This document shows, one piece after another, positions 1-9,800 of a DNA stretch of 64,000 bases. A model generated the notes under the pieces. The model made no database searches and was not told the origin of the DNA. It was given only the letters and a program-made list of their open reading frames with translations. Position 1 is the stretch's first letter, and every line of letters starts with the position of its first letter. This DNA is from Macrostomum lignano (taxonomy: Eukaryota), in contig NIVC01001207.1 of the NCBI GenBank assembly GCA_002269645.1, forward strand, positions 271,667 to 335,666, in the 5' to 3' direction. A program made the translations under genes and the position numbers.

Positions 1-424
1 AGATGCTCCAAAAGGCGGATTAACGAAATCAACAAACAAGAAGTGAATCGCTGGACGATAATACCAGTAAAAACTTAACGTCTATATTAATTTGAGTTAA
101 GACATGATTTGAGATATGATTTGAGACTGAATGATTTGATTTGAATATGATTTGAAATTGGCGCAGTGAAGTGGGAAGTCTGGAATTTGGAAATACATAA
201 AAATCGTGTCAGTGTCACAGGGTTGTTGTCTAAGTTAAACAAATATATCACTGGATTCAAAAAAGTTTTTTAAAGGTTTTTGTGACTAGAAATGTAGTTT
301 TTTTCTTTTCTGTTTGTTAATTATTTCACATAAAGCGATTTTTTTCCAAAAAACAATGCCTAATGTTGCTGCTCAAAAAAAGTTGTCCTGCTCAATTATT
401 TTCAAAATGCGCTGTGGTCACACT

Positions 425-1013
425 GGATCTGCTCCATTCCGCATAGAATTCCCCCCATTCCCCCCGAAGGATCTGCTCCATTCCGCATAGAATTCCCCCC
501 ATTCCCCCCGAAGGATCTGCTCCATTCCGCATAGAATTCCCCCCATTCCACCTAAAGGATGTGCTCCATTCCGCATAAAATTCCCCCCATTCCACCTGAA
601 GGATCTGCTCCATTCCGCATAAAATTCCCCCATTCCACCTGAAGGATCTGCTCCATTCCGCATAGAATTCCCCCTATTCCTCCTGAAGGATCTGCTCCAT
701 TCCACATAGAATTCCCCCCATTCCACCTGAAGGATCTGATCCATTCCGCATAGAATTCCCCCTATTCCACCTGAAGGATCTGCTCCATTCCGCATAGAAT
801 TCCCCCCATTCCACCTGAAGGATCTGCTCCATTCCGCATAGAATTCCCCCCATTCCACCTGAAGGATCTGCTCCATTCCGCATAGAATTCCCCCTATTCC
901 ACCTGAAGGATCTGCTCAATTCCGCATAGAATTCCCCCCATTCCACCTGAAGGATCTGCTCCATTCCGCATAGAATTCCCCCTATTCCACCTGAAGAATC
1001 TGCTCCATTCCGC
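425..1013. repeat. Tandem minisatellite, 43-44 bp unit (GAAGGATCTGCTCCATTCCGCATAGAATTCCCCCCATTCCACCT), ~13 copies, probably intronic
   Basis: Unit recurs at 598, 641, 685 and onward. It ends ~100 bp before the splice acceptor at 1114. It generates the three repetitive minus-strand ORFs in the track. Confidence 0.95.
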
Positions 1014-1114
1014 TCTCAATTCTTATTAGAACTGCGCGGGCACACTGAGCTGAGTGCATCGTATTGTGCGTACAGTTTAGTTTATCCAAGTTCGCCTCCC
1101 GTTGCCACTTGCAG

Positions 1115-2913
1115 ACCTACGAAAAGCGACTGAGTTTCGCCAGTTAAACGTTGGCTTCGGCGGCCGATGGCAGTATCTAAGGGGTCAGCAGTACACAGAC
1201 TTGGGTAAGAGAGGGAAAGCGGGGGTTAATAAAACAAGCTTTGACCCTGTGCGCACAGTGTACATTCTGACCGTGCTACTTTGAGCTTGCGCCGCCGCAA
1301 TTGAGGGAGGTGTGTCCTGCTTAGCTGTCTGTCTGTATAGAAAATAAAATAACAATTCTATATGGTCTGCTCTTTCTTAAACTGCTACGTTAGGCCTGTA
1401 ACTATAGCTTGTGCTTCTGCGTTTACAGCTTGTTTTGAATAGTTCTTTGAAAATGTTTTCTTTGAAGCTAAAGATAGAAAAACAAGAAAATGTTCTACTT
1501 ATTATTACCTAGTTTCTTTTTCGGTACATGAAATGCGAATTACTAGTTTCTTTCTCTTAACTACGGTGTGACTAATGTCAATCCGCGGGAAAGATTTTAG
1601 CACCGCAGGAAAGATTTTAGCGCCACAGGAGTGACTTTAGCGCCACAGGAGTGACTTTAGCGCCACAGGAGAGATTTTAGCGCCGCAGGAGAGATTTTGG
1701 CGCCGCAGGAGAGATTTTAGCGCCACAGGAGAGATTTTAGCGCCGCAGGAGAGATTTTGGCGCCGCAGGAGAGATTTTAGCGCCACAGGAGAGATTTTAG
1801 CGCCCCAGGAGAGATTTTGGCGCCACAGGAGTGATTTTGGCGCCGCAGAAGAGATTTTGGCGCCATAGGAGAGATTTTAGCGCCGCAGGAGAGATTTTAG
1901 CGCCACAGGAGACATTTTGGCGCCACAGGAGACATTTTAGCGCCACAGAGAAGATTTTAGCGCTACAAGAGATTTTAGCGCCACATGAAAGATTTTAGCG
2001 CCACAGGAGAGATTTTAGCGGCACGGGAGAGATTTTAGCGCCACGGGAGAGATTTTAGCGCCACAGGAGAGATTTTAGCGCCACAGGAGAGATTTTAGCG
2101 GCACGGGAGAGATTTTAGCGCCACGGGAGAGATTTTAGCGCCACAGGAGAGATTTTAGCGCCACAGGAGATTTAGCGGCACGGGAGAGATTTTAGCGCCA
2201 CGGGAGAGATTTTATCGCCGCAAAGAGAAATCTTAGCGCCGCAGGAGAGAATTTAGCGCCACAGGAGAGATTTTAGCGTTACAGGAGACATTTTAGCGCC
2301 ACACGAGACATTTTGGCGCCACAGGAGACAGTTTAGCGCCGCAGGAAAGATTTTGGCGCCACAGAAGAGATTTCTGTGATCTCGCAAAGAGAAGTCTAAG
2401 CGCCGCAGGAGAGATTTTAGCGCCACAAGAGAGATTTTGGCGCCACAGAAGAGATTTCTGTGATCTCGCAAAGAGAAGTCTAAGCGCCGCAGGAGAGATC
2501 GAGTAAAGCAATAGTCAGGGGGTCAGGACCTTCCTATCCCAATACTAAGGAGCAGCTGCCCTCTCTGTCTTCCTATTCTGTTCCGCTGTGCCTGTATCAG
2601 TGGTCGCTCACGATGGTAGCTTTAAGAAGCGATGCGAATCGTCACTATAGCCTACTTACAAGTAGAAATGCTAGTAAAGCTGTGAAATTAATTTTCAGAC
2701 TCTCTACCCAGCGTAGAAGCCGAATCTGGCCCAGTTGAGGACCAGCTAATTGAGGCGTCGGGTGCGGCCAAAAAGTCTGGCAGCCCTGGCGTCAGCGGCG
2801 CTGCTTCTGGCGGCAGCCTCGGCGGCGGCGGCGGTCCCTCCTTGTCCTCGTCGTCCAACGATTTCGGCTCGTTATTGAAGAACTACGTCAGAATGCGCGG
2901 CGGCCTGCACTGA
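1115..2913 (+). CDS. 3' end of an unidentified spliced gene: exon 1115-1204 and terminal exon 2699-2913 (...DLRKATEFRQLNVGFGGRWQYLRGQQYTDL-D-SLPSVEAESGPVEDQLIEASGAAKKSGSPGVSGAASGGSLGGGGGPSLSSSSNDFGSLLKNYVRMRGGLH*)
   Basis: TTGCAG acceptor ends at 1114, G|GTAAG donor at 1204/1205, ATTTTCAG acceptor ends at 2698. Both junctions are phase 1 and join in frame (G+AC = Asp). The terminal exon is GC-rich and open to TGA at 2911-2913. Upstream exons were not found in the window and no homology was recognised. Confidence 0.7.
1588..2498. repeat. Intronic tandem minisatellite, ~20 bp unit GAGATTTT(A/G)GCGCCACAGGA
   Basis: About 45 visible copies inside the 1205-2698 intron. A 60-bp higher-order block is duplicated near 2340-2497. 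Confidence 0.95.
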
Positions 2914-3726
2914 GTTGAACGGCTGGCCAAACAGCATGGAACGCTGTCTTACTAAAAAAAAATCATTCGATTTCCAATTCTTTTGGGGGCGAATTTCAAA
3001 ACCAACAATCTTAGAAATTAGTTGAAACTATTCCATATCGCTTGTCGGAACTTTCATTTTTTAAAAACTGTGTGTCCAGTGTGCCTTTTTAATAATAGGC
3101 TTTTTGTATTGAAAAGCTTAGCCAGTCAGCAATTTACTGTCAAGGACTAATTAAGCCGAAGGACGAGAATCTACGTTTCTAGGAAAATTTTAGGAGGCCG
3201 GTTTCACCGAGAAAGAATAAATTACGGATATAGGAGGTTTTAGTTTTTTTTCAGTACAATTTTATCATCAGTTACACCATTTTGTTACCCAGTCATTAAG
3301 CTAAGAATGATAAAATAGATTCATAAAACCAATGAGTGGAGCTGTGCGTAGGGTATTAAATAATCATAGAATCCTTTTTTTTTTCTAAACGAAAAGTTTA
3401 ATGAATAGAGCTATAATTAAGAAAGGCATATCATATCAAAAGCTGAACATTGAGTCTCCATTCTATCAAAAGCAATAACAATTTGTGTGCTGACAAAATG
3501 AAAACCTCCTATCTCGGTAATGTAACCCTATATCACTTGTCACCTGTCTGTTGTTATCGGTTCCTGTAATCTATCTGTTAACTTGATTTCTATTGCATTA
3601 TAATAATATTTACTCCTGTTTCGTCTTGCGTTTGCTAATTTAGCAAAAATTAGGAATCTAATCAGGGTCCTCTCTGATCTAATTATATCAAATTAGTAAT
3701 ATTAGACTCTTATGTTTAATTTTAAC

Positions 3727-4592
3727 CTGGCATTTTTACTATACACAGTCGTCGCCATCTCACTGTTCGCCATGACCAAGCACAGCTCTTGCCCGGCTAA
3801 ACCTGTGGATTAAAAAGGCAAACTGCTACAGTAAGGCTATTGCCATTTACGAGCGTAATAACAATGCATTACAATAATTGTAACCTGCTTATGTTGAACT
3901 GGCTTTGAATGAAAAGCCAGTCATCGAGCCAGCGAGCCAGCGAGCCATCTGAATTTTTAATTTGTTGCTTTTAGCCAAATATTAACAAGCGTGTTTTAAT
4001 CTCCGGTTTTTTTCATAATTACACTATATAAATTATGCAGTGTGTTTTCAGATGTCTATGAAAACATTGTTATATATTATATTCGGTGTGTAGCAGTTTA
4101 CAATACATTTTTGCAGCATAGTTGATCCTGGGTGCATCATGAAAAATAAGTAGCAATGTAAAAAAAGAGAGACATGAAGTTGAACTCACAACTTGTGCCA
4201 TGATAGACGAAAAAGACGCGGTGACCGAGGCATTAATAATCGGCTTCAACTTTTTGTCCTTGATTGGCATCTTATTCAATGCGATGAGGATTAAGTAGGC
4301 TGCAAAAGGTGCATTATTCAGCTTTTCATTCCAAGCAATTGGCTTGGTTATCTATTATTAGTAAAATTTAATCATATTGTTTTCTGAACCACTGCGTTCC
4401 ATATGAAACTTTGTCAAAGAGCTTTACATACTCTGGTTTTGTTATAGATTTCAGTCCTCATAATGTTCCTATCACTATTTATTTATTAATTAGTCTTTGA
4501 ATTTGCTGTTTTTGCTTACATTTATTCAATAAATATTCAATTTTGCCTGTATTCGGAGGCGGCGCACTCCTTAATGATGCATTAATGCCGTT
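3727..4592 (-). other. Candidate AT-rich small-exon spliced gene or gene remnant (putative exons 4592-4520, 4299-4190, ~4055-4025, 3948-3885, 3802-3727)
   Basis: Several consensus-like acceptors (AATTTCAG, CCTTTTGCAG, TTTCATAG, TTTAATCCACAG) and donors (GTAAGC, GTGAGT) bracket open segments. The first two junctions are phase-compatible (NGINASLRSAPPPNTGKIEYLLNK-S-YLILIALNKMPIKDKKLKPIINASVTASFSSIMAQV). No homology was recognised and there is no clear start codon. Confidence 0.3.
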
Positions 4593-4859
4593 CTGAAATT
4601 TGCTTTCTTTGTTATTGTCATTATTATAGTTTAATATAATGCTTAGAATTGAAACCTGCTTTTGTCTTTAAGTCATTTTTGTAGTCCAAAGATGCTTTTG
4701 ACTATTATTATGCTAGGTTTATTTAACTGTTAGTTGGTTAAGGCAACAGAGTTTAGCGATGTGTGCACGTATCGTTGTATGAGAGTTGCTAATGACTGGA
4801 TATGCAATTAAAAGATTATTAAGATTGACAGCTTGTCTGCTGCAATGCTTGTTAGATAG

Positions 4860-5564
4860 TTATTCGCTTCGGCTCATTATGTCAGTTGTGACGTCAAGTT
4901 CGTCCTTGCTCAGCACGTACGGCTTCTTGATGCTGACAACGCCGCAGTCAATGATGCGTATCTTGCGCTTCGGTTGGGCATTCTTCGAATTGGTTGGCAC
5001 CTCGCCAATGGTGTTGACGACGTCAAAACCGCGGAGGATTTTGCCGAACACTACGTGATGCTTGTCTAGCCAGCGAGCCTTGGTTAGGGTGATGTAGAAC
5101 TGGGAGCCGTTGGTGTCCGGGCCGTGATTCGCCATGGCAACCCAGCCAGGGCTTCGATGCGACAAGATGAACGGCTCGTCGTTGAACGACTTGCCGAAGA
5201 TGCTGGCGCCGCCGGTGCCGTCTTTGCGGGTCACGTCGCCCATCTGGACTACAAAGTCCGGCACAACCCGGTGCACAGGCGTGCCCTTGTAGTGCAGCAC
5301 GTCGCCCTTGGCCGATCGCCAACCCTTAGCCAAGGCAACAAAGTTCATCGCAGTGGCCGGTGCGTCCTCGCCGAACACGCCAATTGTAAACTTGCCAGTA
5401 AAATCGTCGCCCGGTCCGTCCAGATCTTTGATTTCAACCTCGAACCAGACCTCCTCCGTGACCTTGTAGGTGGGCTTGGGCTCTTCCTCCTCCTTGTCTC
5501 GCATTGCTGCAGCCGGGGCCGATGCGTACAGGACAAGTAGCAGGATCGCGGTCAGTTGCTGCAT
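4860..5564 (-). CDS. PPIB: Cyclophilin-type peptidyl-prolyl cis-trans isomerase, secretory-pathway (cyclophilin B-like), intronless, 234 aa
   Basis: N-terminal hydrophobic signal peptide (MQQLTAILLLVLYASAPAAA). Cyclophilin motifs VTEEVWFEV, HRVVPDFVVQ, MANHGPDTNGSQFYIT and WLDKHHVVFG. AATAAA on the minus strand at 4718-4723. Confidence 0.93.
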   Translation of the reverse strand: MQQLTAILLLVLYASAPAAAMRDKEEEEPKPTYKVTEEVWFEVEIKDLDGPGDDFTGKFTIGVFGEDAPATAMNFVALAKGWRSAKGDVLHYKGTPVHRVVPDFVVQMGDVTRKDGTGGASIFGKSFNDEPFILSHRSPGWVAMANHGPDTNGSQFYITLTKARWLDKHHVVFGKILRGFDVVNTIGEVPTNSKNAQPKRKIRIIDCGVVSIKKPYVLSKDELDVTTDIMSRSE

Positions 5565-6319
5565 GGTATCGACTGGATGTTGATTGAATTCTTAGTATTT
5601 TCCACTCGGAGACAATATACCGTTTGAGTGTTTGAGTTGTAGGATGTTTTCGGCTCGGTGGTACAGTCCTATTTATGCTATTTTGGTCTAGAGCTTGTAA
5701 TCTTGCCACATCATCGCTGCTGCTCATCGGGGCTTGTTGTGTTACTCGCCACGTGGGTGCGAGAAAACAGCCTATCCTACCAGCTGTTGCTGGTTTTGCT
5801 TCTATTGCTCGCGTCTTAATCCGCTCAGGTCAGAACTAATCCTACCTACATGTATCCTGTGTGACTACAGACAGTTTTCTTCATTCAAGCCTGGGCTAGC
5901 TATTGACTCTTGGATTATTCCCTCAGTCCCTCTTAAGCCTAGTTGTGCTGACGTTTGTCCATACAGTCAGCCACGTCAGACTATTTTTAACGCAGTCCCT
6001 AGTTTTTTTTTAAACAGTTAAGTCTCTACGTTTTTTCACTTTGAATTTCGCATAACGAAGGGGAATATGTTGACTTCACTTAGATGTTCTGTATTTTTTC
6101 TATTAAATTTTGCTAACGTAAATTTCTCTGACATAATGGTTATCAAAAATCGAATCTAAAGAAAACCAATTAGGAAGTATGCACCCAAAAAAGAATCTCC
6201 AAGCATCATTAGGGCGTAATTCTCTTTTCTCTCACTATCCGTCACATCGAACACATGCGACAACATCGAACACAAACCTCAGGATTACAAAACAACCAAA
6301 AGTTACTCAGCATTCTTCT

Positions 6320-6810
6320 AGACACCCCAAACTCACTAAGAATTCTCCCAGACAACCCAAACTCACTAAGAATTCTCCCAGACACCCCAAACTTACTAAG
6401 AATTCTCCCAGACACACTCCAAACTTACTAAGAATTCTCCCAGACAACCCAAACTTACTAAGAATTCTCCCAGACACACTCCAAACTTACTAAGAATTCT
6501 CCCAGACAACCCAAACTTACTAAGAATTCTCCCAGACAACCCAAACTTACTAAGAATTCTCCCAGACAACCCAAACTTACTAAGAATTCTCCCAGACAAC
6601 CCAAACTTACTAAGAATTCTCCCAGACACCACAAACTTAATAAGAATTCTCCCAGACAACCCAAACTTACTAAGAATTCTCCCAGACAACCCAAACTTAC
6701 TAAGAATTCTCCCAGACACCCAAACTTACTAAGAATTCTCCCAGACACACTCCAAACTTTCTCAGAATTCTCCCAGACAACCCAAACTTACTCAGCATTT
6801 CCCAGACACC
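6320..6810. repeat. Tandem minisatellite, 30 bp unit CCCAAACTTACTAAGAATTCTCCCAGACAA (32-bp variants), in the PPIB/CNDP2 divergent intergenic region
   Basis: About 16 copies, ending ~75 bp upstream of the CNDP2 ATG. Confidence 0.95.
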
Positions 6811-6884
6811 TTTTGAAAAAACTAATGAAGAGCGAATCCTATAGAAGCCCGACACTGCATTGATGCTTCAATTCCGTTATCAAA

Positions 6885-9800
6885 ATGTCAGCTAACGCCG
6901 ACCTGCAGTGCATATTCAGCCGCATCGACGCCAACCAGTCGCGCTACATCGACCGACTGCGCGACGCTGTCGCTGTCAGGTCAGTCAGCGCCTGGCCAGA
7001 TCATCGCGGCGAAGTTGTTCGCATGGTGGAACGGGCCGCTGATGAGCTGAAGTCGCTGGGCGCCTCCGTTCGATTGGCGCCTTTGGGCGAACAGGTGAGC
7101 GGCAAGGTTAAAGTTCCCCCGGAGTTTGGAATTGGGGAATCCGGAGTTTGGAATTCGGGGATTCGGAGTTTCGAATCGGGGATCCAGAGTTTGGAATCGG
7201 GGAATCCGGAGTTAAGAATCGGGGAATCCGGAGTTTAGGATCGGGAAACTCGGAGTTTAGGATCGGGAAATCCGGAGTTTAGGATCGGGAAACTCGGGGT
7301 TTAGGATCGGGAAATTCGGGGTTTAGGATCGGGAAACTCGGAGTTTAGGATCGGGAAATCCGGAGTTTAGGATCGGGAAACTCGGGGTTTAGGATCGGGA
7401 AACTCGGGGTTTAGGATCGGGAAATTCGGGGTTTAGGATCGGGAAACTCGGGGTTTAGGATCGGGAAATTCGGGGTTTAGGATCGGGAAATTCGGGGTTT
7501 AGGATCGGGAAACTCGGGGTTTAGGATCGGGAAATCCGGAGTTTAGGATCGGGAAACTCGGGGTTTAGGATCGGGAAACTCGGGGTTTAGGATCGGGAAA
7601 TTCGGGGTTTAGGATCGGGAAACTCGGGGTTTAGGATCGGGAAATTCGGGTTTAGGATCGGGAAATTCGGGGTTTAGGATCGGGAAACTCGGGGTTTAGG
7701 ATCGGGAAATTCGGGGTTTAGGATCGGGAAATTCGGGGTTTAGGATCGAGAAAAATCCGGGGTTTAGGATCGGGAAATCCGGAGTTTAGAATCGTGAAAC
7801 TGGTGGAATCGATAAGTTAAAGTGAAGATAATCTTATTAGCTACAAAGGAGTTCAAATCTGAGTTTTCTACAACTTGTATCCATTCCTAGAAACTAACGG
7901 ACGGCACCAAGCTGCAGCTGCCGCCCTGCCTACTGGCGGATCTGCCCAGCAACGCCAACAGCGACAAGAAGAAGACGTTGCTCATCTACGGCCATCTGGA
8001 CGTTCAACCGGCTGCCAAAGAGGACGGCTGGGACACTGAGCCGTTCGAGCTCACCGAGCGCAATGGGAACCTCTACGGCCGAGGCTCCAGCGACGACAAG
8101 GGGCCAGTGCTGGGCTGGCTCAATGCCGTCGAGGCTTACAAAGAGGTTCGCTTTTTAGTGTTAGCGATTTAAAAATGCCCCCCCCCTTTGAGTTGAGAGT
8201 GAAGTCGGAAATTTTGTATTTTCGTATAATCGTCAATTGATCAATTCTTCTGTGAATCGCCCTCAAGCGTTACCTGAAAATCGCCTTTCAACTCATAATC
8301 GCCTAAGTGCCCCCTTGAGCATCCCCTAAGAATCGCCCCTCAATCATCCATTAAGAATTGCCCCTCAATCATCCATTAAGAATCGCCCCTCAATCATCCA
8401 CCAAGAATCGCCCCCTCAATCATCCACCAAGAGTCGCCCCTCAATCATCCACCAAGAATCGCCCCCTCAATCATCCATTAAGAATCGCCCCTCAATCATC
8501 CACCAAGAATCGCCCCCTCAATCATCCATTAAGAATCGCCCCTCAATCATCCACCAAGAATCGCCCCCTCAATCATCCATTAAGAATCGCCCCTTAATCA
8601 TCCATTAAGAATCGCCCCTCAATCATCCACCAAGAATCGCCCCCTCAATCATCCATTAAGAATCGCCCCCTCAATCATCCACCAAGAATCGCCCCCTCAA
8701 TCATCCATTAAGAATCGCCCCCTCAATCATCCACCAAGAATCGCCCCCTCAATCATCCATTAAGAATCGCCCCTCAATCATCCACCAAGAATCGCCCCCT
8801 CAATCATCAATTAAGAATCGCCCCCTCAATCATCCACCAAGAATCGCCCCCTCAATCATCCATTAAGAATCGCCCCTCAATCATCCACCAAGAATCGCCC
8901 CCTCAATCATCCACCAAGAGTCGCCCCTCAATCATCCACCAAGAATCGCCCCCTCAATCATCCATTAAGAATCGCCCCTCAATCATCCACCAAGAATCGC
9001 CCCCTCAATCATCCATTAAGAATCGCCCCTCAATCATCCACCAAGAATCGCCCCCTCAATCATCCATTAAGAATCGCCCCTCAATCATCCATTAAGAATC
9101 GCCCCTCAATCATCCACCAAGAATCGCCCCCTCAATCATCCATTAAGAATCGCCCCTCAATCATCCATTAAGAATCGCCCCTCAATCATCCACCAAGAAT
9201 CGCCCCCTCAATCATCCATTAAGAATCGCCCCTCAATCATCCACCAAGAATCGCCCCCTCAATCATCCATTAAGAATCGCCCCCTCAATCATCCACCAAG
9301 AATCGCCCCCTCAATCATCCATTAAGAATCGCCCCCTCAATCATCCACCAAGAATCGCCCCCTCAATCATCCATTAAGAATCGCCCCTCAATCATCCACC
9401 AAGAATCGCCCCCTCAATCATCCATTAAGAATCGCCCCCTCAATCATCCACCAAGAATCGCCCCCTCAATCATCCATTAAGAATCGCCCCTCAATCATCC
9501 ACCAAGAATCGCCCCCTCAATCATCCATTAAGAATCGCCCCCTCAATCATCCACCAAGAATCGCCCCCTCAATCATCCATTAAGAATCGCCCCTCAATCA
9601 TCCAACAAGAATCGCCCCCTCAATCATCCAACAAGAATCGCACCTCAATCATCCATTAAGAATCGCCCCCTCAATCATCCATTAAGAATCGCCCCCTCAA
9701 TCATTCGCCAAGAATCGCCCCTCAATCATCCATTAAGAATCGCCCCCTCAATCATCCACCAAGAATCGCCCCTCAATCATCCATTAAGAATCGCCCCCTC

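Noticed and set aside
392-964. Three repetitive minus-strand ORFs (MEQILQVEWGEF...)
   Set aside because: They are translations of the 43-44 bp minisatellite, with no unique sequence or splice context.
1183-1272. Possible hairpin GGTCAG-CA-GTACAC ... GTGTAC-ATT-CTGACC as a ncRNA or miRNA
   Set aside because: Only two 6-bp stems around a long unpaired loop. The left arm is coding exon, so it is probably chance, although it does span the donor site.
7230-7790. TTTAGG motifs resembling telomeric repeats
   Set aside because: They are embedded once per 22-bp unit rather than in contiguous hexamer or heptamer runs, so this is not an interstitial telomere.
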